Notes under the pieces: generated by a model
Database searches by the model: none
What the model was told of the DNA's origin: nothing
Seen by the model: only the letters and a program-made list of their open reading frames with translations
Position numbers and translations under genes: made by a program
Assembly (NCBI GenBank): GCA_035285125.1
Contig: JAYKHR010000045.1
Location: forward strand, 128,001-192,000
Length of the DNA stretch: 64,000 bases
From: Candidatus Sericytochromatia bacterium
Lineage (GTDB): Bacteria > Cyanobacteriota > Sericytochromatia > S15B-MN24 > JAQBPE01
Reading direction: 5' to 3'
In this document: one piece after another, positions 10,566-20,896 of the stretch
How positions within the stretch are numbered: the stretch's first letter is position 1
Layout of the letters: each line of letters starts with the position of its first letter

Positions 10566-11345
10566 ATGGCCCGCTCGGTTCCCCACGCCTCCCTGATAGC
10601 TACCCTGCTGGCAATCAGCCTCGGCTGCCAGGCCGTGGGCCCCGGCCGCCCGACCGCGCCCAAGCGCACGACGCCGTCCAGCACTGCCAAGGCCATCCCG
10701 GCGCCCGCCCTGGCCCGGCCTGGCGAGCCCCGGCGCATCCCCCAGCAGGGCCAGCAGACCCGCCTCGCGGGCCTCGCCCGCCTCATCGCCCACCCCGGCG
10801 GGGCCCTCATCAGCGACCAGGGGGGGGCCCTCATCAGCGACCAGGGGGGCGCCCTGATCAGCGACCAGGGCGGGGCCGTCATCAGCAACAACAGCGGGAG
10901 CATCATCAGCGACCAAGGCGGCTCGCTCATCGGCAACAACGGCGGCGGCCTGCTCGGCAATACCAAGGCCCAGCGCCTGCTGCAGGCAAGCTCTGGCCTC
11001 GGCGTCTACGGCCTCGCCGACGCCGAGATCCGCCTCTACGACGCCGCCGGCCGGCTGCTCGTCGACGACGCCGGCAAGCCCCTCGCCGCCACGACCGGCC
11101 GCGACGCCACCTTCCAGCTCGAGGCTGTGCTGCCGCCAGGCAACATGGTGGCCCGCATCAAGCTCTGGAATGGCGGCGAGCTCTCTGCCATCGTCGCCCG
11201 CGACGGCGCCCAGCAGGCGTCGCTCGCGCTCACCACTGCCTCCTCGCTGGGGGCCACCTACGTGATGGGCCTCGTCAAGGGCGACCAGGCCATCCTGAAC
11301 AAGCTGCCCGCCGCCGAGAACGACCGCCTCAACCGCGAGCTCGAC
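10566..11345 (+). CDS. NHL lipoprotein paralog 3, only the N-terminal 260 codons, cut by the fold-back junction
   Basis: Strong RBS GAGGAGG and lipobox ISLGC. Homologous to paralogs 1 and 2 up to RLNRELDV, then the sequence becomes its own reverse complement. Confidence 0.85.
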
Positions 11346-12125
11346 GTCGAGCTCGCGGTTGAGGCGGTCGTTCTCGGCGGCGGGCAGCTTGTTCAGGATG
11401 GCCTGGTCGCCCTTGACGAGGCCCATCACGTAGGTGGCCCCCAGCGAGGAGGCAGTGGTGAGCGCGAGCGACGCCTGCTGGGCGCCGTCGCGGGCGACGA
11501 TGGCAGAGAGCTCGCCGCCATTCCAGAGCTTGATGCGGGCCACCATGTTGCCTGGCGGCAGCACAGCCTCGAGCTGGAAGGTGGCGTCGCGGCCGGTCGT
11601 GGCGGCGAGGGGCTTGCCGGCGTCGTCGACGAGCAGCCGGCCGGCGGCGTCGTAGAGGCGGATCTCGGCGTCGGCGAGGCCGTAGACGCCGAGGCCAGAG
11701 CTTGCCTGCAGCAGGCGCTGGGCCTTGGTATTGCCGAGCAGGCCGCCGCCGTTGTTGCCGATGAGCGAGCCGCCTTGGTCGCTGATGATGCTCCCGCTGT
11801 TGTTGCTGATGACGGCCCCGCCCTGGTCGCTGATCAGGGCGCCCCCCTGGTCGCTGATGAGGGCCCCCCCCTGGTCGCTGATGAGGGCCCCGCCGGGGTG
11901 GGCGATGAGGCGGGCGAGGCCCGCGAGGCGGGTCTGCTGGCCCTGCTGGGGGATGCGCCGGGGCTCGCCAGGCCGGGCCAGGGCGGGCGCCGGGATGGCC
12001 TTGGCAGTGCTGGACGGCGTCGTGCGCTTGGGCGCGGTCGGGCGGCCGGGGCCCACGGCCTGGCAGCCGAGGCTGATTGCCAGCAGGGTAGCTATCAGGG
12101 AGGCGTGGGGAACCGAGCGGGCCAT
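11346..12125 (-). CDS. Mirror copy of truncated NHL lipoprotein paralog 3
   Basis: Reverse complement of 10566-11345. Confidence 0.8.
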
Positions 12126-12167
12126 ACCTCCTCTCCCTACCCCGCTCCCAGAGCTGTGAACCGGCGG

Positions 12168-15020
12168 TCAGTAGCTCCCGGCCGGCAGGATGCGCACCAT
12201 GTTGCTGCCAGCGTCTGCGATCACGAGGCGCCCGTCGGGCATCACGAGGAGGCCGATGGGCATGGACAGGGCGTCCTCGCCCTCGGGGCTCGTGAAGAAC
12301 TTGCCGCCGGGGCCCGCGATCGTCGTGATGACGCCCGCGGGCGTGATGCGGCGCATGCGGGGGGGCATGCCCACCAGCAGGGAGGCGTCGAGTGGGATGC
12401 TGGCGCCGAGCGTGGGGGCCATGGCCTCCAGGTTGCGGTCGCCGCTTTCCGCGACGTAGAGGTTGCCGGCCGCGTCGAAGGCGAGGCCGAGCGGGACGGA
12501 TAGCACCGCGTCCCGGGCCTGCAGGCCGTTCTCCGCCGCCAGGCCGGGGCCGGCCTTGAGCTCCAGCGCCCGCGGGATGGCCTGGCTCAGGGGCAGGCCG
12601 GCCACGAGCTCCACCGTCCCGGGGCTGCCGGTGCGCACCCGGTACACCCGCCCGGCCGCCGCGTCGCAGAACACCATGTGGCCGTCCGGGTCGCGCACCA
12701 CGGCCACGGGCATGACCGTCGCCAGCTCCGCCGGGTCCGGGCCGACGGCCTCGGCCAGGCCGATCAGGGCCACGGCGCGCTGGGCGCTGGTCAGCGCGCC
12801 GCGCCCCACGGCCGGGACGGCCTCACCGCTGGGCAGCAGCCGGAGCAGCTCGCCCGTGACGGGCCGGGTCCACCAGGGCTGCCCGTCCGGCCCGAAGGCC
12901 AGCCCGAAGGCTTCATTGAGGCTCGGGAGCCGGTGCCGGGTTTGCAGCGTGCCGTCCGGGCCGACGCGGAGGATGTGCTGGCTGCCCTGGTCCATCAGGT
13001 GCAGGGCGCCGTCGTGCCAAGCAATCCCCGTGAGGCTTTTCAGCAGGGCCTCACGGGCCTGCACGCCCTCCTCGGAGGTGCTGCCGCCGCCCGCCACAAC
13101 CGCGAGTCCCTTGCCATCGAAGCGTTTCACGCTGCGGCTGCCCGCCTCGGCGATGTGGAGCACCCCCTGGCCGTCTGCGGCCAGCCCGAGGGGTGTGTTG
13201 ATGGCGAAGGCCTGGGTCTCTCCCAGCTGGAAGGCGGCGGCCGTGCCCGCCACGGGCCGGGGAGGGCTGCCCGCACGCCAGGCCCACACCACGTTCGAGG
13301 CGAGGTCGGCGATGAACACGGTGCCGTCCGGGTGGGCGACCAGCGCCCCTGGGATCGCGGGGCCTGGGCTCAGCCCGTCCAGGGGCGCGAGCGTGCCGTC
13401 GGGCTGCAGCGCGAGCACCCGACCGCGCCTCCCCTCGCTGAGCAGCAGCCTGCCCTCGGGCGTGACGCACAGCCCGCCCTGGCCCTCGGTGGCGAGCCCG
13501 GCGGCAAGCTGGGTCCAGCGCCCCCCGGGGTCGAGGCGCCACAGGGTGCAGGAATTAGCGTCGCTGTCCCAGCGCAGCGAGTACACGGCCCCCCCGGGCC
13601 CTACCGCCACGCTCAGGATGTTGTGGCTGCCCTCGGGCGTATAGGCCTCCAGCGTCCCGCCAGGCCGCAGGGCCAGCAGCCGAGGGGGGCCGCCGGCAGC
13701 GCGGCTGGACCGCTCGCCCACCCAGAGCGTGCCGTCCGGCCCCAGGGCCAGGCAGAGGGGCGTGCAGTCCGCCTTCAGCGGGTCGGTCGGGGCGCTCCGG
13801 CCCTCCTTCCCCGTCCCGAGCACGACGGAGACCGTTTGCGCTGACCGCGAGACGCGGAGCACCTTGTTGGCCCCCTTGACCACCGCGTGCAGCGTGCCAT
13901 CCGGCCCCTCCACGAGGCCGGAGAGCGAGAAGGCGTTGTGCTTGATGCGGCCGTGGGTCTGGTCGAGCAGCAGCGCAAGCGTGCCGTCCGGCTGCAACTC
14001 CCGGATGCGGCCCGTGATCAGCTCGCCGATCACGAGGCGTCCCTCCCGCGACACGGCCAGGTGCAGGGGCCCGCCCAGCGGCACCTCCGTGGCGGGGCGG
14101 CCCGCCCCGAGCTCGGCCTGGCCGAGCAACAGGGCCTTGACCTCCGCAGCGACCTGCTCGACGGCCGGGACGCGCTGGCGCAGCCCGGCCGTGATGGCAT
14201 CGAGGGTCGTGGCCTCGTGCTTGAAGGCGCCCCGCACGAAGCCGCGCACGACGTCGAGCTCGCGCACCAGGCGCTCGTTCTCGCTGCGTGGCAGCTTGTC
14301 GAGCGTGGCTTGCTGGCCCCCGACGAGGCCGAGGACGTAGGTGGCGCCCAGGGTGGAGGCCGTCGAGAGGGGGAGGGTGGCCTCGCTGGCACCCTCGCGG
14401 GCGACGATGGCGGTCAGCTCGCCCCCGTCCCAGAGCCTGACGCGGGCGACGAGGTTCCCGGGCGGCAGCACGGCCTCGAGCTTGAACGTGGCGTCCGGGC
14501 CCGTCGTCGCTGCGAGGGGCCGGCCAGCCTCGTCGACGAGCAGCCGCCCGGCGGCGTCGTACAGGCGGACCTCGGCGTCTGAGAGGCCATAGACGCCAAG
14601 GCCGCTGCCGGCCTGCAGCACGCGGCGAGAGGCCGTGAGGCTGCCACCCCTGTTGCTCACGATGGCGGCGCTGTTGTTGCTCACGACGGTGCCGCTGTTG
14701 TTGCTGATGACGGCGCCCCCGAGGTCGCTGAGCAGGGCGCCTCCGGTGTTGCTCAGCAGCCCTCCCCCGGCGTCCCCGACCAGGGGGGCGCCCGGGTCGG
14801 CGATGAGGCGGGCGAGCCCCGTGAGGCGGGTGGGTTGGCCCCGCTGGGGCACGGCGAGGGTCGCGCCGGCCTGGCCGGGGGCGGCCGGGGAGGCTGCCGG
14901 CTGCAGCGGCCCCGGCGGCCGTGGGGACCGGCCGGGACGTGCCACGACGCTGGCCTGGCAGCCCAGGCACAGGGCCAGCAGGGCCGCGGTGAGGGTCAGG
15001 CGCAGGCTCGCTCGAGACAT
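12168..15020 (-). CDS. Mirror copy of NHL lipoprotein paralog 2
   Basis: Identical translation to 7671-10523. Confidence 0.85.
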   Translation of the reverse strand: MSRASLRLTLTAALLALCLGCQASVVARPGRSPRPPGPLQPAASPAAPGQAGATLAVPQRGQPTRLTGLARLIADPGAPLVGDAGGGLLSNTGGALLSDLGGAVISNNSGTVVSNNSAAIVSNRGGSLTASRRVLQAGSGLGVYGLSDAEVRLYDAAGRLLVDEAGRPLAATTGPDATFKLEAVLPPGNLVARVRLWDGGELTAIVAREGASEATLPLSTASTLGATYVLGLVGGQQATLDKLPRSENERLVRELDVVRGFVRGAFKHEATTLDAITAGLRQRVPAVEQVAAEVKALLLGQAELGAGRPATEVPLGGPLHLAVSREGRLVIGELITGRIRELQPDGTLALLLDQTHGRIKHNAFSLSGLVEGPDGTLHAVVKGANKVLRVSRSAQTVSVVLGTGKEGRSAPTDPLKADCTPLCLALGPDGTLWVGERSSRAAGGPPRLLALRPGGTLEAYTPEGSHNILSVAVGPGGAVYSLRWDSDANSCTLWRLDPGGRWTQLAAGLATEGQGGLCVTPEGRLLLSEGRRGRVLALQPDGTLAPLDGLSPGPAIPGALVAHPDGTVFIADLASNVVWAWRAGSPPRPVAGTAAAFQLGETQAFAINTPLGLAADGQGVLHIAEAGSRSVKRFDGKGLAVVAGGGSTSEEGVQAREALLKSLTGIAWHDGALHLMDQGSQHILRVGPDGTLQTRHRLPSLNEAFGLAFGPDGQPWWTRPVTGELLRLLPSGEAVPAVGRGALTSAQRAVALIGLAEAVGPDPAELATVMPVAVVRDPDGHMVFCDAAAGRVYRVRTGSPGTVELVAGLPLSQAIPRALELKAGPGLAAENGLQARDAVLSVPLGLAFDAAGNLYVAESGDRNLEAMAPTLGASIPLDASLLVGMPPRMRRITPAGVITTIAGPGGKFFTSPEGEDALSMPIGLLVMPDGRLVIADAGSNMVRILPAGSY

Positions 15021-15076
15021 CGTGGGGATCAGGTACCCGCACGGCGCGGCCTCGAACCGGCCGGCCCGGCACCCCC

Positions 15077-18007
15077 TCAGTAGCTCCCGGCCGGCAGGAT
15101 GTGCACGAGGTTGCTGCCCGAGTCTGCGATGGCGAGCCGGCCGTCCGGGAACCAGGCGAGCCCCGTGGGCGTCACGAGGGCCTCCTCGGCGTCCGGATTC
15201 GCGAAGCGCCTCCCGCCGGGCCCGGCCACCGTGGTGATGACGCCCGCCGGCGTGATGCGGCGGATGCGCGTCGGCAAGACGGGCAGCAGCCCGAGATCGA
15301 TCGGGAAGTCGCGCCCGAGCAGCGGCACCAGGGCGTCCAGGTTGCGGGTGCCGGCCTCGCACACGTACACGTTGCCCGCGGCATCGAACGCGATGCCCGT
15401 CGGCACGCCGAGCATCGCCTCGCGGGCGGGGCGCCCCTCCTCGTCCGGCAGCGTCGGGTCCTGCGCGAGGCGCCCCAGCACCTCGCTGACGTGCAGGCCG
15501 GCGAACACCTCCAGCGTGGGGCTGGCCGTGCCGAAGCCCCGCACGCGGTAGACCTGCATGGTGCCGCTGTCCGAGACGTACAGGGCGCCATCCGGCCCGA
15601 AGGCGACGCCGAAGGGCACGATGAGGCGAATGTCGCCCGGTTCGAGGGTGCTCGGGCCGAGCAACAGGTTGCTGATGGCCGAGTTCACGGCCCCCTCCGA
15701 GAAGTCCTGGGCGGCGCCGAGCAGGTGTCGCACCACCGGCGTGCCACCAGCCGTGTCGAGCCACTGCACCTGGCGCACCTTGGCGTTCGCCCAGACGGGC
15801 TCGCCGCGGGGCCCCAGCGTGAGCCCGATCCCCCCTCCGAAGGTGCTGACGTCGCTCCCGACGCTCTCGCCCGGCGCCAGCGGCTTCGCGCCGCGGTCCT
15901 GCCCGGCAGCCGTTTCCATCACGCCGTCCGGGCGCATGCGCCTCAGGACGCCGTTCTGCTCGTCCACCACCCAAAGGCCGCTGGCCCCCCAGGCCACGCC
16001 CTTGGGGCCCGCGAGGCGGGCCTCGGTGGCCGGGCCTCCGTCCCCGCCGTGGCCGGCCACCGTGCCCGCCACCGTCACGAGGCTGTGGCCGTCGAAGGCC
16101 CGGATGGTGTGGCTGCCCACCTCGGAGATGAACAGGCGCTGCTGCCCGTCCAACGCGAGCCCGCCGGGCAGGTTGATCGCGAAGCCCCGGCCCTCCCCGG
16201 ACTGGAACAGCGCCTGCGTCCCTGCCACGAGCCGCGGGAGGCCGCCCGGCGGGAGGGAGGCGACCAGGTTGGAGGCCATGTCCGTCACGTGCAGCGTGCC
16301 GTCCGGGCCCACGCCGAGCCCGCTGGCGCGGCGGAGGCCCAGCGCCCGCAGGGCGTCCGCCTGCGGCAGCGCGGGCCAGCTGCCGTCCGCCGCCACCACC
16401 CTGATGCCCTCGGGGCCGTCGGTGCTCACGTAGACCGTGCCGTCGGGGGCGAGCGCGAGGTCTGCCCACTCTCCCGCGGGCAGCCCCTGCGCGACGGGCT
16501 CGAAGCGACCTGCGCTGAGGCGGCTGACGCGCCCCACCGGCTTGTACCCCTCGGCTGCGGGCGCCGTGCCGACGTGCAGCGCCCAGACCGTGCCCTCGGG
16601 GCCTGCTGCCAGCCCGGTCACGCTGCCCGGCCCCCAGGCCGGGTCCTGGAACACCTCCGTGCGCCCGTCCGGTCGCACCGCGATGAGCCTGGGCGGCGTG
16701 AGCTTGGTCTCTCCGCCGCCGCGCTCCTCCCCCACCCACAAGGTGCCGTCGGGCCCGAGGGCCAACGAGCGGGGCGCGACGCGCATGGCCGTGCGCGGGC
16801 CCGCCGGGTCGCGGCCCTGCGCTCCCGTGCCGAGCCAGGCCTCCGGAGGGGCGCCGGGCGCGAGCCGGTAGACCCGGAAGGCGTTGCGCTGCGTCAGGTA
16901 CAGGGTGCCATCGGGGGCCTCCACGAGGTCCTGCAGGCCCGGGTGGTTCGTCTTGAAGCTGCCGAAGCCCTTGTCCACCAAGGTCTCGAGCGTCCCATCT
17001 GCCGCCAGCCGCCGGACGCGACCGGGGCGAAGCTCCGTCACGAGCAGCCCGCGGGGGGTCGCGACCACGGCCCCGGGGCCGCCCAGCGGGACCTCGGTGG
17101 CGAGCCGGCCGCTGCCGAGCCGGGCCTGGCCGAGCAGCAGGGCCTTGATGTCCTCGGCGACGCGGTCCACGGCGGGGACGCGCTGCCGGAGCTTGGCCGT
17201 GATGGCATCGAGGGTGGCGGCCTGGTGCGCGAAGGCGCCCCTGGCGAAGCCGCGCACGACGTCGAGCTCGCGGTTGAGGCGGTCGCTCTCGGCCCGGGGG
17301 AGCTTGTCGAGGACCGCCTGCTGGCCAGCCACGAGCCCCAGCACGTAGCTGGCGCCGAGCGAGGAGGCCGTGGTGAGCTCCAGGGACGCTTGCTGGGCCC
17401 CGTCTTGTGCCACGATGGCGGTGAGCTCGCCGCCGTCCCAGAGCCTGATGCGGGCGACGAGGTTTCCGGGGGGCAGCACCGCCTCGAGGCGGAACGCCGC
17501 GTCGGAGCCGGTGGTGGCCGCGAGGGGCTTGCCCGCTTCGTCAACGAGCAGCCGCCCCGTGGCGTCGAAGAGGCGCAGCTCCGCGTCCGCGAGGCCGTAG
17601 ATGCCCAGGCCCGCGCCCGCCTGCAGCACCACCCGCCGTGCCGGGCCCGTGAGACCCGCGCCGTTGTTGCCGAGCAGCCGGCCGCCGCTGTTGCTGATAA
17701 CGCCGCCGCCCTGGTCGCTGATCAGGCCGCCCCCCTGATCGCTGATCAGGGCCCCCCCCTGATCGCTGATCAGGGCGCCGCCCGGGTGGGCGATCAGCTT
17801 CGCCTTGCCCGTGAGGGTGCTGGCCGTGCCGCGTTGGGGCACGACGACCACCCTCCCCTTGGCCGAGACGGCGCTGGGGAGCACCCGGCCAGGGCGCGAG
17901 GCGCCGGCCTTGGGTCGCGGCCCGCTGGCTGGACCTGCGGCCTGACAGCCGACCAGCAACACCAGCAGGGCCGTGCCGAGCGTCCGAAGCCGGGGGAGGC
18001 GCGCCAT
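15077..18007 (-). CDS. Mirror copy of NHL lipoprotein paralog 1
   Basis: Identical translation to 4684-7614. Confidence 0.85.
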   Translation of the reverse strand: MARLPRLRTLGTALLVLLVGCQAAGPASGPRPKAGASRPGRVLPSAVSAKGRVVVVPQRGTASTLTGKAKLIAHPGGALISDQGGALISDQGGGLISDQGGGVISNSGGRLLGNNGAGLTGPARRVVLQAGAGLGIYGLADAELRLFDATGRLLVDEAGKPLAATTGSDAAFRLEAVLPPGNLVARIRLWDGGELTAIVAQDGAQQASLELTTASSLGASYVLGLVAGQQAVLDKLPRAESDRLNRELDVVRGFARGAFAHQAATLDAITAKLRQRVPAVDRVAEDIKALLLGQARLGSGRLATEVPLGGPGAVVATPRGLLVTELRPGRVRRLAADGTLETLVDKGFGSFKTNHPGLQDLVEAPDGTLYLTQRNAFRVYRLAPGAPPEAWLGTGAQGRDPAGPRTAMRVAPRSLALGPDGTLWVGEERGGGETKLTPPRLIAVRPDGRTEVFQDPAWGPGSVTGLAAGPEGTVWALHVGTAPAAEGYKPVGRVSRLSAGRFEPVAQGLPAGEWADLALAPDGTVYVSTDGPEGIRVVAADGSWPALPQADALRALGLRRASGLGVGPDGTLHVTDMASNLVASLPPGGLPRLVAGTQALFQSGEGRGFAINLPGGLALDGQQRLFISEVGSHTIRAFDGHSLVTVAGTVAGHGGDGGPATEARLAGPKGVAWGASGLWVVDEQNGVLRRMRPDGVMETAAGQDRGAKPLAPGESVGSDVSTFGGGIGLTLGPRGEPVWANAKVRQVQWLDTAGGTPVVRHLLGAAQDFSEGAVNSAISNLLLGPSTLEPGDIRLIVPFGVAFGPDGALYVSDSGTMQVYRVRGFGTASPTLEVFAGLHVSEVLGRLAQDPTLPDEEGRPAREAMLGVPTGIAFDAAGNVYVCEAGTRNLDALVPLLGRDFPIDLGLLPVLPTRIRRITPAGVITTVAGPGGRRFANPDAEEALVTPTGLAWFPDGRLAIADSGSNLVHILPAGSY

Positions 18008-18186
18008 GGCCCCAACGTACCCCTCGCCAGCGCGCTGAAAACGAGCCCGCGGCGTCGTGAAGCCTCCTGGCAGGGGCTCCGCCGGGACCATGCGGACCTG
18101 GCCGTGGCCCGCATCGGCGACGGTCCGCCGCCCGTCCGGCCGGGGGGTGACCGCCATCGGGACGCCCAGCGCGTCCTTTGCACCTG

Positions 18187-19488
18187 TCAGCCCTCCGGCG
18201 TGGGCGCCTCGCCGCCCGGCAGCACGATCGAGGTGACGCACTGGGCCGGATCGAAGTGCTCCCGCAGCAACGCCTCGGCTTCCTCCCGCGTGAGCCTGGT
18301 CAACAACTCGGGGATGGCGAAGTAGTCGCCGTGCTGGAAGGCGACCTCCGTCACCTGGTTCGCCACGGCCTCCGGGCTGTTGAGCGTGTAGAGGTAGTCC
18401 CCGATCTGCTTGTGGCCGGCCCGCTCGAACTCGTCCGCGGGCAGGCCCTCGCGGCGGAAGGCTTCGACGGCGGCGAGCACGGCCTGCTCGAAGGCGGCCG
18501 GGTCGTCCGTCTCCGTCCCGATGTACGAGTAGCCGAAGCCCTCGCCGAGGTCGTAGTCGTAGGCGAGCATGTCGTCGATGGCGCCCTGGTCGAGCAGGTC
18601 CTGGAACAGCGCGGACGAGCGGCCGAACATCACGTCTTGCAGCAGGCCCATCAGCAGCGTGCGCCGCAGGTGACCCTCCGCAGGCGTCGTCGTCCGGTCT
18701 TTCCAGCCGAGCAGCACCATCGGCCGAGAGACGGCGAGCCGCACGGTGTGCGTCCGGCGCGCGGGCTCAGGCGGCTCGGGTGGGAAGACGCGCGTGATCG
18801 GGCGGGCCGGCGGGAAGGCCTTGCGCGCCTGGTTCTCCCGCACGAGGGCCATGACGCGGTCCGGCGCGAGGTCGCCCACCACGCACAGCCGCATGTTGCT
18901 GGGGTGGTAGAACGTCTCGTAGCAGGCCATCAGCGTCTCGCGGTCGATGCGGCCGATCGACTCGGCCGTCCCTGCGATGTCGATGCGCACCGGGTTCACG
19001 TGGAACAGGTTCTCGAGCAGGTGCCGGTGGGCCCGCCAGTACGCCATGTCGTCGTACATGCGGATCTCCTGCTCGATGATGCCCTTCTCCTTCTCCACGT
19101 TCTCGGGCGTCAGGTGGGGCCGCTGCACGAAGTCCAGCAGCGTCTCGAGGTTCGTCTCGACCTGGTCGGTGGCGGAGAACAGGTAGGCCGTGCGGTTGTG
19201 GCTCGTGAAGGCGTTGGCGGAGGCGCCCTGGCTCGAGAAGGTGTGGAAGATGTCCCCCCACTCCTCTTCGAACAGCTTGTGCTCGAGGAAGTGCGCGATG
19301 CCGTCGGGCACCTGGCAGGCGGGCTCTCCCTCCCGCTGGAAGTGGTTGTCGACCGACCCGTAGCGGGTCGTGAAGACGGCGAAGGTCTTCGCGTAGCCGG
19401 GCCGCGGCACGAGCTGGACCACCAGCCCGTTGGGCAGCGTCTCCTCGTACACGGACTCCTTGAGGGTGTCGAAGGTGCGGACTTGCAC
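18187..19488 (-). CDS. ymfH: Mirror copy of YmfH-type M16 peptidase
   Basis: Identical translation to 3203-4504. Confidence 0.9.
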   Translation of the reverse strand: MQVRTFDTLKESVYEETLPNGLVVQLVPRPGYAKTFAVFTTRYGSVDNHFQREGEPACQVPDGIAHFLEHKLFEEEWGDIFHTFSSQGASANAFTSHNRTAYLFSATDQVETNLETLLDFVQRPHLTPENVEKEKGIIEQEIRMYDDMAYWRAHRHLLENLFHVNPVRIDIAGTAESIGRIDRETLMACYETFYHPSNMRLCVVGDLAPDRVMALVRENQARKAFPPARPITRVFPPEPPEPARRTHTVRLAVSRPMVLLGWKDRTTTPAEGHLRRTLLMGLLQDVMFGRSSALFQDLLDQGAIDDMLAYDYDLGEGFGYSYIGTETDDPAAFEQAVLAAVEAFRREGLPADEFERAGHKQIGDYLYTLNSPEAVANQVTEVAFQHGDYFAIPELLTRLTREEAEALLREHFDPAQCVTSIVLPGGEAPTPEG

Positions 19489-19496
19489 GGGACCTC

Positions 19497-20801
19497 CTAG
19501 GGGGCGGCCGTCGGGGCGGGCTGCGCGTCGCGCAGGAAGTACACGGTGTCGAGCCGGAGGGTCTCAGCGGCGGCCGCGACCTCGGGGACGCCGATGGTGG
19601 GCAGCACCGCCGCCAGCGCCTCGTGCGGGTGCTCCCGGCCCGCGACCAGCGCCTCGAAGGCCTGCATGATCAGCCTGCCCGGGCTGTCCTCGACCTCGTG
19701 GTGGCCGTGCAGCATCATGGCGCGCGTCTGTGCGAGCTCCTGCTCCGAGACCTCTCCCCGCCGCATCGCCTCGAGGGCGGCCTCGACGACGGCGACGGCC
19801 CGCGGCTCGTTGGCCACGTCGATGCCGGCCTGGATGAACAGCACGCCCCGGTGGGGGTCGTAGCGCGAGCCCGTGGCGTAGGCCAGGCTCTCCTGCTCCC
19901 GCAGCGTCATGAACAGCTTGGAGTGCGCGAAGGCCCCGAGCACGCCGTTGTACACCGCCATCGCGTGGTAGCCCGGGTCCACGAGCCGCACGGGCGTGCG
20001 CAGCCCCACCACGAGCTGCCCCTGGTTCACGTCCTGCGCCTCCGTGATCCGGCGCACCGCAGGCGCGACCGGTGGCAGCGGCACGCCTGGCGCCATCGGG
20101 GCTTCCACGGGGCGCCCCGCCCGCAGGCCCTCGAAGGTGAAGACGCGGCGCAGCTCCTCAGCCACTGCGTCGGGGTCGACGTCGCCCACCACGAAGGCAT
20201 CCATCGTGCTCTCGGCCAGCAGGCGACCGTACTCGGCCTCCAGCGCCGCCGGGTCGATGGCGGGCAGGTCCTCGATCCGACCCCCGGCGAACAGGCCGTA
20301 GGCGTCGCCCGGGAACATCGCCTCGACGCAGCGGATCCGCGCGTAGGACGCCTTGTTGTTGAAGATGCCCTCGACCCGCTTCCGCAGCGCGTCCTTTTCC
20401 AGCTCGACGAAGGACGCCTTGAGGGCACCGGCCTCCCGCACGGGACGGGTCAGCACCTCGTAGAGTAAGGCGAGGCCCTGCCTCAGCAGCTCGGGGCGGC
20501 CCGGGATGTACTTGCCGTTGGGCAGCTCGAGGCGGAACTGCACGACCTGTCGATCGCCGAGCTTGTGCACGTCGGCCGTCAGGAATGACCCGTACAGCTG
20601 GTCGAGCGCCGCGTTCATCGACCGCACGCTCGGGTGGGTCGCCGTGCCGCGCGTCAGGACATAGGGCAGCAGGGCCACCCGCGTGACGCGGCCTTGCTCG
20701 AGCGGCAGGCGCATGGTCACGACCACGGTGTTGGTCTTGAACTTGTCCGTGGCAAGCACGTGGAGCCCCATCGACGGGTGCTCGAGGTGTTTGAATCGCA
20801 C
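19497..20801 (-). CDS. ymfF: Mirror copy of YmfF-type M16 peptidase-like protein
   Basis: Identical translation to 1890-3194. Confidence 0.85.
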   Translation of the reverse strand: MRFKHLEHPSMGLHVLATDKFKTNTVVVTMRLPLEQGRVTRVALLPYVLTRGTATHPSVRSMNAALDQLYGSFLTADVHKLGDRQVVQFRLELPNGKYIPGRPELLRQGLALLYEVLTRPVREAGALKASFVELEKDALRKRVEGIFNNKASYARIRCVEAMFPGDAYGLFAGGRIEDLPAIDPAALEAEYGRLLAESTMDAFVVGDVDPDAVAEELRRVFTFEGLRAGRPVEAPMAPGVPLPPVAPAVRRITEAQDVNQGQLVVGLRTPVRLVDPGYHAMAVYNGVLGAFAHSKLFMTLREQESLAYATGSRYDPHRGVLFIQAGIDVANEPRAVAVVEAALEAMRRGEVSEQELAQTRAMMLHGHHEVEDSPGRLIMQAFEALVAGREHPHEALAAVLPTIGVPEVAAAAETLRLDTVYFLRDAQPAPTAAP

Positions 20802-20896
20802 GGCTGCCTGCCTTCTCGCTTCGAAATGAGCGCCAGAAGGGCTATCGTAGCAAACCCCCAGGGGGCGAGCAAGCGGCCAGGCGGGCCTTCAGGGCG

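Noticed and set aside
10188..12503. 645-aa self-complementary ORFs spanning the palindrome centre
   Set aside because: Chimeric. After RELDV the reading is simply the antisense of the same gene.
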